Below, piece by piece: positions 1 to 9,500 of a stretch of DNA of 64,000 bases. The stretch is from assembly GCA_963749705.1 (NCBI GenBank), contig CAVVNQ010000011.1, positions 32,001-96,000 on the forward strand, in the 5' to 3' direction. The DNA is from an uncultured Chloroflexia bacterium (GTDB lineage Bacteria > Chloroflexota > Limnocylindria > Limnocylindrales > CSP1-4). A program made the translations under genes and the position numbers. Each line of letters starts with the position of its first letter. The first letter of the stretch is position 1. The notes beneath the pieces were generated by a model, which was given only the letters and a program-made list of their open reading frames with translations, was not told the origin of the DNA and searched no databases.

Positions 1-607
1 GCTCTCGCTCCGGTGCCTGCGTCACCCGCGCTCGCAGCGCCGACACCAGCTCGCGGTGCTGCCCCTGGTCCAGCCGAGCCTCGACGAGATCCTCCTCGAG
101 CAGCAGGCGCAGCTCGAGCAGCCGCTCCCGCTCGGATCGCACCGCATCGAGATCATCGAGCCCCTCCAGCGGTCGCCCGCGCACGAGCGCCAGCGCGGAC
201 GTCAGGAGCCCTTCCGCCATCGAAGGGTCTCCCTCCGAAAGGGCCAGGCGTGCCGCCTTTGCCAGCGCGTCCAGCCGATCGACGTCCACCTCCCCGGCGT
301 CCGCCGCCAGCCGATACCCGGCGGGCCCGCTCACGAGCGCCGAACCATCGGCGTCCGCGACCAGCTTCCGAAGCCGGGAGAGGTAGGTGCGCACGGTCTG
401 CACCGCGTTTGCGGGAGGCTCGCCGGGCCACAGCGCGTCCACGAGCGCGTCGGCGGAGACGAACTCGCCTCGGCGCACGAGGAGGACCGCCAACACCGCC
501 CTTTGCTGCGGCGACCCCAACGCGAGCGGACGGCCATCGCGCCATGCCGCAAGCGGGCCGAGCAACCCGAACCGGAGCCCCGTCGTCCGTCCGCGATCCT
601 GGTCCAT
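1..607 (-). CDS. SARP/AfsR-family transcriptional regulator (winged HTH + BTAD), runs off the left edge of the window
   Basis: Not in ORF track. Manual translation from ATG at 607: MDQDRGRTTGLRFGLLGPLAAWRDGRPLALGSPQQRAVLAVLLVRRGEFVSADALVDALWPGEPPANAVQTVRTYLSRLRK...GYRL...VDVDR...LALVRGRPL...ERERLLELRL, typical SARP N-terminus and BTAD start. Confidence 0.9.
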   Translation of the reverse strand, partial: MDQDRGRTTGLRFGLLGPLAAWRDGRPLALGSPQQRAVLAVLLVRRGEFVSADALVDALWPGEPPANAVQTVRTYLSRLRKLVADADGSALVSGPAGYRLAADAGEVDVDRLDALAKAARLALSEGDPSMAEGLLTSALALVRGRPLEGLDDLDAVRSERERLLELRLLLEEDLVEARLDQGQHRELVSALRARVTQAPERE

Positions 608-930
608 CAAGGTCGCCTCTCGACACTCCGCGCGATTGTCCTACGGAGTGCAATTCCTGACCAGCGGGGAGTTCCCGACCAGCGGGCAGACAGGGTGGCC
701 ATGCCCCGGCCCGCCGTCCGCCGGAGCGCGCGGATCGCGGACGCGGCCAGCACCGGGCTGGGCGCGGATGCGGCGCCACAGACCACGAAGTCGACGTTGT
801 CGGGCAGATTCAGGCCGTCTCGGCCCTCGATCTCGCCCCCGGACGGTGCCCGGTGGCGCATTAGCCCGACTTCGTGGCGCGCCAGCCAACATGGGTCGGC
901 CCGGCGGCTTGGACGCGCCCGGGGTGGAGC

Positions 931-1413
931 TCACATGGGACGCAGCTCGAACACGCGGCGGCCTTCCGCCATCTCCTCCGGACGGTTCACATCGACACCG
1001 TCGACGGCGCGGATGAACCAGACGCCGAACCGCATGCCGCGCGCGACGGGTCCCAGGACGTCGCGGAAGAACGCGACCCGCTCCGCGGGATCGAGCTCGG
1101 TCGCACGAACCTCCTCGGTCTCGCCGCGCACGGTGATCGTCGCGTGGCCGGCCGCCCGCAGGTTCCGCACCCAGTCCGTCTCGCCCCATGGAGACCAGAC
1201 CCAGCGCCGGTCACCGGTCTCGATGATCGCGAGGGGCGTGGAGCGCGGGAGGCCGCTTCGACGGCCGGGTACGGTGACGAGCGCGTTGGGGCCCATCGGC
1301 ATCCCGGCACCGAGCAGGCGCCTGGAGATCGGGTTGAGCAGCGGAAGAATCCGGGGCGGGCGGCCCGGCTCGTGAAGGCCGGTCGCTCGAGGGTCGGCTG
1401 TCGTGTGCGTCAT
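931..1413 (-). CDS. Deazaflavin (F420)-dependent nitroreductase-family oxidoreductase (DDN-like)
   Basis: Motifs LVTVPGRRSGLPRSTPL and DWVRNLRAAG; AAGGA RBS upstream of ATG. Confidence 0.85.
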   Translation of the reverse strand: MTHTTADPRATGLHEPGRPPRILPLLNPISRRLLGAGMPMGPNALVTVPGRRSGLPRSTPLAIIETGDRRWVWSPWGETDWVRNLRAAGHATITVRGETEEVRATELDPAERVAFFRDVLGPVARGMRFGVWFIRAVDGVDVNRPEEMAEGRRVFELRPM

Positions 1414-1447
1414 CGGTGATTTCCTTTCAGAATCAAGGTCTCAACAA

Positions 1448-1477
1448 GGTGAACCCGCGCAACAGCCCGATGTGACA
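1448..1477 (-). promoter_or_regulatory. Candidate ECF41-type promoter for the DDN gene
   Basis: TGTCACA on minus strand (1477-1471), the known ECF41 -35 motif, pointing at the oxidoreductase; the -10 match is imperfect. Confidence 0.45.
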
Positions 1478-1549
1478 ACGTGTCGCGCCGATGCCGGCGA
1501 CGGATGGATCGGCGGCCCGGCGGGCGATCCATGGTTGGATGTGAATGCG

Positions 1550-2446
1550 ATGACCGATCAGGACCTGCTGGCGCAGCAATTCGAGGCCAATCGCCCGCAC
1601 CTGCGAGCGGTTGCCTATCGCATGCTCGGTTCGCTGGCCGAGGCGGAGGACGCGGTGCAGGAGGCCTGGATCCGTCTCAGCCGGTCCGATACGAGCGAGG
1701 TCGAGAACCTGCGTGCCTGGCTGACCACCGTTGTCTCCCGGATATGCCTCAACCTCCTGCGCACCCGGCGGACCCACCCTGAGGCGCCAATCGAGACCCA
1801 CGTCGCCGATCCGATCGTGAGCCCCCCGTCGGGGATCGATCCCGAGCACGAGGCGCTGCTCGGCGACTCGGTCGGGCTTGCGATGCTGGCGGTCCTCGAC
1901 ACCCTGAACCCCGCGGAACGGGTGGCGTTCGTGCTCCACGACGTGTTCGGCGTCCCGTTCGAGGAGATCGCACCGATCGTCGGACGGTCGCCGGCGGCCG
2001 CCCGACAGCTCGCGAGCCGGGCCCGTCGCCGCGTTCGTGGGGCGCCGGTGCCCGACGCTGATCTCGGGGCGCAGTGGGCCGTGGTGGATGCGTTTCTCGC
2101 GGCGTCACGCGACGGCGACTTCGAGCGGCTTCTCGCGGTGCTCGATCCTGATGTCGTGCTTCGCTCCGACGGTGGCCTGGACCGACCGGGCCTGGCGTCG
2201 CTGCTGCGCGGCGCGGATGCCGTCGCCGCAGGCGCGATGTCCTTCCGGCGGCTGGCGGAGATGGCGACGCCGGTGCTGGTCAACGGCGTCGCGGGCGGCG
2301 TGGCGTGGACGCCGGACGGTCGCCCGTTCGCCGTCGGCTCGCTCACGGTCGCGGGCGGCCGGATCGTCTCGATCGACATCCTCGCCGACCCGGAACGGCT
2401 GAGCCGGCTCGATCTCACCGCGGTCGGGGAAAGAGCAAGCTTCTAG
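1550..2446 (+). CDS. ECF sigma-70 factor, ECF41/SigJ-like, with C-terminal SnoaL-like domain
   Basis: RPHLRAVAYRMLGSLAEAEDAVQEAW, AFVLHDVFG, RQLASRARRRV, C-terminal LDPDVVLRSDGG; start set at MTDQD. Confidence 0.9.
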   Translation: MTDQDLLAQQFEANRPHLRAVAYRMLGSLAEAEDAVQEAWIRLSRSDTSEVENLRAWLTTVVSRICLNLLRTRRTHPEAPIETHVADPIVSPPSGIDPEHEALLGDSVGLAMLAVLDTLNPAERVAFVLHDVFGVPFEEIAPIVGRSPAAARQLASRARRRVRGAPVPDADLGAQWAVVDAFLAASRDGDFERLLAVLDPDVVLRSDGGLDRPGLASLLRGADAVAAGAMSFRRLAEMATPVLVNGVAGGVAWTPDGRPFAVGSLTVAGGRIVSIDILADPERLSRLDLTAVGERASF

Positions 2447-3864
2447 CCGCGTTCCTCCGGCACGACCGCGGCGGGTGCGACGTTGTGGTTGACGTGGAAC
2501 GCGTTGTCGGGATCCCAGCTCCGCTTCAGCTCCGCGAGTCGACCGAGCTTCGCGTCACCGTAGATCAGGCGCGTGTGCTCGGGACCGGCGTCCGAGACCT
2601 CGTTGGCGTAGCGGCCGAGCGTTGCATCGGGCTCGACCACCGCCATCACCCGCCGGACCCACGCGCGATTCGCATCGTCGAGCGCCGGGTCCCTCCAGGA
2701 AGCGTCCGCGCTGAGGTCGAACACGGCCGCGCGACCCGCGTAGGCGGTCCCCTCCTCCGGGACCCGGCCGATCGCGCCACCAAGGGCCGTGATCGAGAAC
2801 GAGCCGTCGCCCGGGGCATCCGCCACCAGCTCCACCAGCTCATCGAGCGCCGCCGGCCGGATCCCGTCCGCGTTGCAGCCATCGATGAACGACCGATTCC
2901 CCCACGCGAACACGAGGTCGTGCGAGGTCTGGACCTCGAGGTACGGCTGGCTGCCGAGGGTGGAGGTGGCCGGCCTGGGGCCCGCGCGGAGTCCGGCGGT
3001 GTCCCGCTCGACGGCGTCTGCGGCGCCGCTGTGGTTGTAGGCGATGAACACGATCGGGCGGCCCCGGAGCTCCTCCGGATAGCCGTCGTCCGAACCCGCT
3101 CGGTCGATCCCGAAGATCACCGACACCGCGTCGGGCGCGTTCAATGCGTAGTCGCGGAACACCTCCCACACCTCGTGGACCTCGGTAGCCGGAAACACGA
3201 GGACGCCGCGATGGAGGTCGGGCCCGAACGGCTGGAGCCGGAGCTCGAAGGCGGTCGCGATCCCGAAGTTCCAGCCAGCGCCGCGCAGGCCCCAGAACAG
3301 GTCGGGCTCCTCCGTGTCCGAGGCGCGCACCAGCCGGCCATCGGCCGTGACCAGCTCGACGGCGGCGAGGTTGTCGATGGTCAGCCCGAAGTGGCGCTGC
3401 AACCGGCCGACGCCCCCGCCCAGCGTGAGCCCCGCGACCCCGGTGTGGCCGACGACGCCGACCGGGCACACGAGCCCGTGCGCCTGCGCCGCCACGTCGA
3501 GCTCGCCCAGGAGCGCTCCGCCGTTCGCCCGGGCGGTGCGAGATCGCGCGTCCACCTCCACGCCACGCATGGCCGACATGTCCACGACCAGGCCCCCTTC
3601 GCGGCCCGTGAACGCGGCCAGGCTGTGCCCGCCGGACCTGACCGCGATCTCGAGGCCCTCATCGCGACCGAAGCGAACCGCGGTCGCCACCTCCGTGGCG
3701 CTCGTCGGCCGGACGATGACCCCGGGCCGCCGATCGTGGAGCGCGTTCCACAGGCGTCTGGCGTCGTCGTACGCCGCGTCGGACGGCGTGACGATGTCGC
3801 CCCGGAACGAGCGGCGCAGCCGGTCGATCTCGCGGGCACCGAGCGGAGAGAACGCATCGACCAT
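2443..3864 (-). CDS. FAD-binding oxidoreductase (berberine-bridge/VAO family)
   Basis: RSGGHS covalent-FAD His motif, GLTLGGG, DLFWGLRGAG, C-terminal KRSWDPDNAFHVNHN. Confidence 0.9.
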   Translation of the reverse strand: MVDAFSPLGAREIDRLRRSFRGDIVTPSDAAYDDARRLWNALHDRRPGVIVRPTSATEVATAVRFGRDEGLEIAVRSGGHSLAAFTGREGGLVVDMSAMRGVEVDARSRTARANGGALLGELDVAAQAHGLVCPVGVVGHTGVAGLTLGGGVGRLQRHFGLTIDNLAAVELVTADGRLVRASDTEEPDLFWGLRGAGWNFGIATAFELRLQPFGPDLHRGVLVFPATEVHEVWEVFRDYALNAPDAVSVIFGIDRAGSDDGYPEELRGRPIVFIAYNHSGAADAVERDTAGLRAGPRPATSTLGSQPYLEVQTSHDLVFAWGNRSFIDGCNADGIRPAALDELVELVADAPGDGSFSITALGGAIGRVPEEGTAYAGRAAVFDLSADASWRDPALDDANRAWVRRVMAVVEPDATLGRYANEVSDAGPEHTRLIYGDAKLGRLAELKRSWDPDNAFHVNHNVAPAAVVPEERG

Positions 3865-4160
3865 CCGTTGAGGCTCCCTGCTGAGGACTCGATGTCGGCG
3901 TCGCGGCGGAGGTTCCGCCGGCTTTCGAAGTTTCGCCGGAGGTTGCGCCCGGCGCCGGCGCGATTGTGACCGACGACGAGGCGTTCGCGGGAGGTGGTGT
4001 CCCGCGCGTCGCCGTTGCTGCACCGCGTCGGGCCCGGGACCGTCGCCGGGCACGAGCGGGAGGATCCCGGGTACCCGTCAGCCTTCCGGGGTGGACGCCC
4101 GCGGATACGCTTGTGCCTGTCACGCCGAACCTCGGCCGTCCCCCACGCTGGTGAAGGATC

Positions 4161-5210
4161 GTGATCGCCCACAACCCGACATTCGACCCTGACGTCGCCG
4201 TCCGCGCCGCGGAGCTGCCGGGCATCCACGTCGACGGGCTGGTCAAGCGCTATCGCAAGGCCGACCGGAACGCCGTGGACGGCGTCGCCTTCGACGTCGC
4301 CGTGGGCGAGTTCTTCGCCCTGCTCGGGCCGAACGGCGCCGGCAAGACGACGACCCTGTCCATCCTGACCACGACCCTCGCGCCCACCTCCGGACGTGCG
4401 CTGGTCGATGGGCTGGACGTGGTCGCGGACGCGGCCGCCGTACGCCAGCGAGTGGGGATCATCTTCCAGAAGCCGAGCCTCGACCGGAACCTGACCGGCG
4501 AGGAGAACGTGCGCTTCCACGCGATCCTCTACGGGCTCTACCCGTACGCACCCGCCTACCGCCTGATGCCGTCCGCGTATCGCCGCCAGATCGATGACTG
4601 GGCCCAGCTGCTCGACATCGGACGGGACATCTTCCGGCCCGTCCGGACGTACTCGGGCGGGATGATCCGGAAGCTGGAGATCGTGCGCAGCCTCGTCCAT
4701 CGACCGCGGGTGCTGTTCCTCGACGAGCCGACCACCGGGCTCGACGCACCCAGCCGGCGCGCCCTGTGGAGCTACCTGCGGACCGTCCGCGCGGAGCACG
4801 GGACGACGATCGTGCTCACGTCCCACTATCTCGAGGAAGCCGAGCAGGCCGACCGGATCTGCGTCATCGATGCCGGCCGGATCGTCGCCATGGGCTCGCC
4901 CGCCGAGCTCACGGCGTCGCTCGCGAACGAGTACCTCCTGGTCGACGCCGACGATCGCCGCGGCCTGCGCGACGAGCTTGCGCAACTGGGGCACGCACCG
5001 TCCGGAGACGGTCCGTTCCGGATCGCCGTTGGCGCGCGCGAGGCGCACGGGGTCCTGCGATCCATCGACACGCCGCTGACCTCGATCCGGACCCACGCTC
5101 CGTCGCTCGAGGACGCGTACCTCGAGATCGTCAGCCGCGCGGAGCTGGGCCGCGAGGGCCTGGGCGAGGCACCGGTCGCGGCGTCGAATGGCGGGTCCGC
5201 CGATGGCTGA
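4161..5210 (+). CDS. ABC exporter ATP-binding subunit (DrrA-like)
   Basis: Walker A GPNGAGKTT, signature YSGGM, LFLDEPTTGLD, SHYLEEAE. Confidence 0.92.
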   Translation: MIAHNPTFDPDVAVRAAELPGIHVDGLVKRYRKADRNAVDGVAFDVAVGEFFALLGPNGAGKTTTLSILTTTLAPTSGRALVDGLDVVADAAAVRQRVGIIFQKPSLDRNLTGEENVRFHAILYGLYPYAPAYRLMPSAYRRQIDDWAQLLDIGRDIFRPVRTYSGGMIRKLEIVRSLVHRPRVLFLDEPTTGLDAPSRRALWSYLRTVRAEHGTTIVLTSHYLEEAEQADRICVIDAGRIVAMGSPAELTASLANEYLLVDADDRRGLRDELAQLGHAPSGDGPFRIAVGAREAHGVLRSIDTPLTSIRTHAPSLEDAYLEIVSRAELGREGLGEAPVAASNGGSADG

Positions 5211-6048
5211 GACGGCGCTTGCCCGCGATGCCGCGGCGCGCGTGGACACGCCGGCTCCCCGTCGGCTGCGATCGGAGCTGTCGGCGATCGCGGTGATCGC
5301 GCACCGCGACTTCGTGAAGCTGCTCCGCGACCGGCTCCGGCTGTTCTCGGAGCTCGCCTTCCCGCTGGTGCTGATCCTGCTGCTCGGGCCGGCGCTCCAG
5401 TCCGGGTTCGTGGCACCCGGCGGGCTCGACCTGACCTCGTTCGTGTTCAGCGGGGTGCTCGCCCAGACGATCTGGCAGTCGTCGGTGCTGGGACTGGTGT
5501 CCCTGATCGCGGACCGCGAGGAGGACTTCAGCCAGGAGATCTTCGTGTCGCCGGTGTCGCGGTACTCGATCGTGGCGGGCAAGATCATCGGCGAGTCGCT
5601 GGTGGCGCTCCCCACCGGCCTCGGGATCGTGATCGTCGGCCTCCTGATCGGGGTGCCGCTGTCGCCGCTGGTGCTGGTGGCATTGATCCCGGTCGCGCTC
5701 CTGGTCGCCCTGTTCGGCGGTGCGTTCGGGCTGCTGATCCTGTCGAACATCTCGAGCCAGCGCACGGCGAACCAGATCTTCCCGTTCGTCCTGCTGCCGC
5801 AGTTCTTCCTGGCCGGCGTGTTCAACCCCATCCACGAGCTGCCGACGCCGCTCGCGATCCTGTCGGCCCTGTCGCCGCTCCGCTATGCGGTGGAGCTGAC
5901 GCGGAACGTGATGTACGGCCTCCAGCCGGACATCCCGGCGCCTGACGCCACGCCCTTGGCGATCAACGCAGCCGTCATGGCCGGGCTGTTCCTCGTGTTC
6001 CTGGTCGTCGGCACGTTCCTGTTCGTCCGCGCCGAGCGCAACCGCTGA
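5203..6048 (+). CDS. ABC-2 type exporter permease (DrrB-like)
   Basis: About six hydrophobic segments, DREEDFSQEIFVSPVSR and PLRYAVE motifs; overlaps the ATPase stop. Confidence 0.9.
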   Translation: MAETALARDAAARVDTPAPRRLRSELSAIAVIAHRDFVKLLRDRLRLFSELAFPLVLILLLGPALQSGFVAPGGLDLTSFVFSGVLAQTIWQSSVLGLVSLIADREEDFSQEIFVSPVSRYSIVAGKIIGESLVALPTGLGIVIVGLLIGVPLSPLVLVALIPVALLVALFGGAFGLLILSNISSQRTANQIFPFVLLPQFFLAGVFNPIHELPTPLAILSALSPLRYAVELTRNVMYGLQPDIPAPDATPLAINAAVMAGLFLVFLVVGTFLFVRAERNR

Positions 6049-6128
6049 GGCCGGTCACTGGCGCTCGAGCAGACAGCCGCGACCCGCGGTGTGGCCGCCG
6101 GGCGACAGGCGAGACCGCATCGACGCGC

Positions 6129-8141
6129 TTACCCGCGCTTGGCCAGCGACGCAAGCCACGCATCGCGGTCGAGCGGGCTGGGACCCGACCGCTCGCGCGT
6201 TGGCGGGTTCTCGCCCACCGGCTGGAAGCCGTCGGGCCGCGTCTCCAGGATCCCCTCCCCCATCGACAGGCCGGGCAGCCGGCTCTGGAGGGTGCGCACG
6301 CCCGCAACGGGCATCACGGCATCGACCTTCGACACGCCATTCGCCGAGAACTGGCCGCGAACCCGACCGCCGAGCCGGCCGAGCATCGCGAGCACCCCGG
6401 GGGCGGTCGACGACGGGATCTCGAGCGCGAGGTCCGCCAGCGGTTCGCACACCCAGGTCCCGGCGCGCTCGAGCGCAGTGGCGAGGACGAGCTGGGTGAG
6501 GCGCCGGAAGTCGGCCGGCGACGTGACCGGTGACATGTAGCCGCTGTCGGTCATGGTGACCCGACAGTCGGTCACCTGCCAGCCGGCCAGGCCCTCGGCG
6601 AGCGCCTCACGGACGTATGCCGCCATCTGCGTGACGAAGGTCTCGACCGTGTGGAACAGGTAGAGCGGAACAAGGCGCGGCTCGACGGTGGCACGGAACT
6701 CGACCCCCGATCCCGGCGCCGCCGGCTCGATGCGCAGCGCAAGCGTGGCCGGGAACGGGTTGGTGCTCAGCGGTGAGCTTCGGCCGGTGATGTTCGTGTG
6801 CGTCTTCGCGTAGATGACCTCGTCGGCTTCCCCGACACCCGCGAGGCGCTCGATGCAGACCGTCGTCGTCTCGCGGAACTCGGCGGCGATGCCGTACTCG
6901 CGCGCCAGCGTTGCCCCGATGACCTCCTTCTGGACCTCGCCGTAGAGCGACACCGAGATCTCGTGCCGGTGGTCGTCCTGGCGGACGTCGATCAGCGGAT
7001 CCTGATCGGCGAGCTGCGCCAGGGCCGCGCGGAGGCTGCCTGCCTGGTCCGCCCGGATCGGGTACACGACGGCCTCCATGGCCGGCCTCGGGAAGCGCGT
7101 GCTGACGTCCTCGCCGGGCGGCGGCGTGCCGATCGCGTCGCCGACCCGGACCGTACCCAGGCCGCGGACCGCCGCCATCTCACCCGCCACCAGCACATCG
7201 CGCCGCGGGGCACCGACGGGGGCGAACACCCTGATCGAGGAGGGCTTCGCCTCGTCTCCGCCCCCGACGCGCACCCGCTTTCGCGGTCGGAGCGTGCCCG
7301 CGAACAGGCGGACGTAGGCAACGCGCTCGCCGGAGGCCGTTCGCTCGATCTTGAACACCCGGCCCGACACGTCGGCGGCCAGGTCACCGCCGTCGCCGGG
7401 GAGCAGCTCGTCCACCCCGGCGAGCAGGTCGTCGATCCCGACGCCCAGCACCGCCGATCCGAAGTACACCGGATGGACGTGGCCGCGCCGGGTCTGCGCG
7501 GCAAGCTGCGTGCGCAGGCGGGATGCCGACAGCGCGGCCTCGTCGCGGACATACGCGTGGAGGATCCCCTCGTCGTGCTCGGCCAGGATCTCCGCGACCC
7601 GCGCGATGTGGTCCGGGTCATCCGGTGCAAACGGGACGAACCGGGCCAGCCGGGAGCCGCCGCCCTGGACGATGCCCATCGGCACCATGCCGGGCGACAA
7701 CCGGCGGGCCATCGTCTCGACGACCCGGCCAGGGTCTGCGCCCGCACGGTCGATCTTGTTGACGAAGATCAGGGTCGGGACGTGGAGCCGCTGGAGCGCC
7801 CGGAACAGCAACGGTGTCTGCGGCTGGACGCCCTCGACCGCCGACACGACGAGCACTGCGCCGTCGAGGACGCCCAGGACCCGCTCGACCTCCGCGATGA
7901 AGTCGGGGTGACCGGGCGTGTCGACGAGGTTGACGGACAGGTCGCCGACCAGGAACGAGGCGACCGCGGACCGGATCGTGATCCCGCGTTCACGCTCGAG
8001 GTCGAGCGAGTCGGTCTGGGTGGTGCCGGCGTCGACGCTGCCGGCGCGATCGATGGCGCCGGCCGTGAACAGCAGGCGCTCGGTGAGGGTGGTCTTACCG
8101 GCGTCGACGTGTGCGAGGATGCCGAGGTTGAGCGTGCGCAT
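6129..8141 (-). CDS. TetM/TetO/OtrA-like translational GTPase (ribosomal protection family)
   Basis: AHVDAGKTT, ERERGITI, DTPGHPDF, NKID; domain IV loop GYMSPVTSPADFR; 670 aa. Confidence 0.88.
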   Translation of the reverse strand: MRTLNLGILAHVDAGKTTLTERLLFTAGAIDRAGSVDAGTTQTDSLDLERERGITIRSAVASFLVGDLSVNLVDTPGHPDFIAEVERVLGVLDGAVLVVSAVEGVQPQTPLLFRALQRLHVPTLIFVNKIDRAGADPGRVVETMARRLSPGMVPMGIVQGGGSRLARFVPFAPDDPDHIARVAEILAEHDEGILHAYVRDEAALSASRLRTQLAAQTRRGHVHPVYFGSAVLGVGIDDLLAGVDELLPGDGGDLAADVSGRVFKIERTASGERVAYVRLFAGTLRPRKRVRVGGGDEAKPSSIRVFAPVGAPRRDVLVAGEMAAVRGLGTVRVGDAIGTPPPGEDVSTRFPRPAMEAVVYPIRADQAGSLRAALAQLADQDPLIDVRQDDHRHEISVSLYGEVQKEVIGATLAREYGIAAEFRETTTVCIERLAGVGEADEVIYAKTHTNITGRSSPLSTNPFPATLALRIEPAAPGSGVEFRATVEPRLVPLYLFHTVETFVTQMAAYVREALAEGLAGWQVTDCRVTMTDSGYMSPVTSPADFRRLTQLVLATALERAGTWVCEPLADLALEIPSSTAPGVLAMLGRLGGRVRGQFSANGVSKVDAVMPVAGVRTLQSRLPGLSMGEGILETRPDGFQPVGENPPTRERSGPSPLDRDAWLASLAKRG

Positions 8142-8199
8142 GGGACCTCATGCCTTCCGAGGAGGTGATCACCTTCTGGCTGGACATGGGTGCTCCCAT
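8095..8199 (-). other. Candidate 34-aa upstream leader ORF overlapping the start of the RPP-like gene in another frame
   Basis: GAAGGAG Shine-Dalgarno then ATG at 8199; MGAPMSSQKVITSSEGMRSHAHAQPRHPRTRRRR-stop ending at 8095. Confidence 0.4.
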
Positions 8200-8309
8200 C
8201 TCGCTCCTTCCCTTCGGTACATCGCTGCCGTTGCCTGACCCGACTTTCGCATCCCGGGTCAAGCGGGCCCGCCCGTAGGGGCTAACCCCAACGGGCGCGG
8301 CGCGCGGGT

Positions 8310-9374
8310 TCAGTCGAATGCGCCTGCCATCACCAGGTCATGGACCATGTCGATGGGCTCCCACGCGCCGTCCTCGAGGTTGGACAGGACCACCGCGGTC
8401 AGGTCTCGGCCGGGATAGTGGCGGACCATGCCGCTGACGCCCGCGTTGATGCCCTCCTTTTCGAGGAACAGCACCGATCCGTCGGGTTCGACCCGGAACC
8501 ACGGCCCGTACCCGAACCGTTGCGTCCAGCCGTCACGCACTCGGTAGTCGACCTGGGGCGTGAGGAAGGCGACGGTCATCTCGGCCGAGAGGAGCCGGCC
8601 ATCGACGACGGCCCGGATAAACCGTTCGAGGTCGGACGCCGTGACGATCGCCCCGCCGTCGGGCGAGCCGATCGGCGGGAAGGAATAGATGTTGCGCCGC
8701 CAACCCTGCGCGGCGCCCGCGTCGTCGCGGATCGGATCGGCGCCCTCGGCGATGCGCTCGTTGACGTGGTCCATGCGGAAGAACCCGGCGTCCGCCATGT
8801 CGGCCCGGCCGAACACGTCCTGTTGGACGACGGCACGGTACGTCAGCCCGGTGGCCTTCTCGATCATCAGCCCGAGCAGCACGTACCCGCAGTTGTTGTA
8901 GCGACAGCCCATGCCGGGCGAGAAGTTGGGTGGGCGATGGACGAACTGCGGCAGGAAGTCCGCTGTCTCGCGGATCGCGTAGTTCGGGCGATCCCGGAAC
9001 AGGTCCTCATACAATTCGCCGGCCTCCTCGTCCGCGTCGTCGCCGATCCCGGACGTGTGCGTCAGGAGGTGTCGGACCGTCACCTCCGGGGCGATCGCGG
9101 TTCCCTCGAGCCCGAGATACCCCGTCGCGCTCGCATCCAGCGAGAACGACCCGGCATCGACCTGCTGGAGCGCCGCGACCGCCGTGAACAGCTTGGTGAT
9201 CGACGCCGTGTCGAACCGGGTCTCGAGCGTGTTCGGGATGCGCCATGCCCGGCTCGCCCACCCGTACGCACCGGCGAAACGATCCACACCGGACACGGTG
9301 ATGCGGACGACGCCCGAGAACTCGTCGGCGGCGGTCAGGTCGCGGAGATACCCGTCGAGGTCAGTCGTGGCCAT
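8310..9374 (-). CDS. Serine hydrolase, beta-lactamase/AmpC-like family
   Basis: SxxK (ASITK), LLTHTSG, YxN (YNN). Confidence 0.88.
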   Translation of the reverse strand: MATTDLDGYLRDLTAADEFSGVVRITVSGVDRFAGAYGWASRAWRIPNTLETRFDTASITKLFTAVAALQQVDAGSFSLDASATGYLGLEGTAIAPEVTVRHLLTHTSGIGDDADEEAGELYEDLFRDRPNYAIRETADFLPQFVHRPPNFSPGMGCRYNNCGYVLLGLMIEKATGLTYRAVVQQDVFGRADMADAGFFRMDHVNERIAEGADPIRDDAGAAQGWRRNIYSFPPIGSPDGGAIVTASDLERFIRAVVDGRLLSAEMTVAFLTPQVDYRVRDGWTQRFGYGPWFRVEPDGSVLFLEKEGINAGVSGMVRHYPGRDLTAVVLSNLEDGAWEPIDMVHDLVMAGAFD

Positions 9375-9435
9375 CGGCGCGAGTGTTCCATAGCGGGCTG
9401 AGGCGGGCAATGTGGATGGCGTGGCGACAAAGGTT

Positions 9436-9462
9436 GAACCCCGCGGGAAACTCAGGACTCAT
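9436..9462 (+). promoter_or_regulatory. Candidate autoregulatory ECF promoter GAACC-N18-TCAT
   Basis: Same motif and spacing occur upstream of the second ECF gene (13366-13392). Confidence 0.5.
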
Positions 9463-9500
9463 ACGGTCATGGCTACCAACTCGACGAGCCCGGGGACCTG

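Noticed and set aside
620-930. Intergenic GACCAGCGGG direct repeat and short ORFs upstream of the SARP gene
   Set aside because: Only two 10-nt copies in GC-rich DNA; the ORFs lack an RBS or recognisable motifs.
3905-3950. Loose GAGGTT/TTTCG repeats as SARP-binding sites
   Set aside because: Spacing is irregular and not the 11-nt period expected.
4161-9374. Mobile resistance island (ABC exporter, RPP-like GTPase, beta-lactamase-like hydrolase)
   Set aside because: No integrase, transposase, flanking repeats or compositional shift; these families are common chromosomal genes and substrates are unknown.
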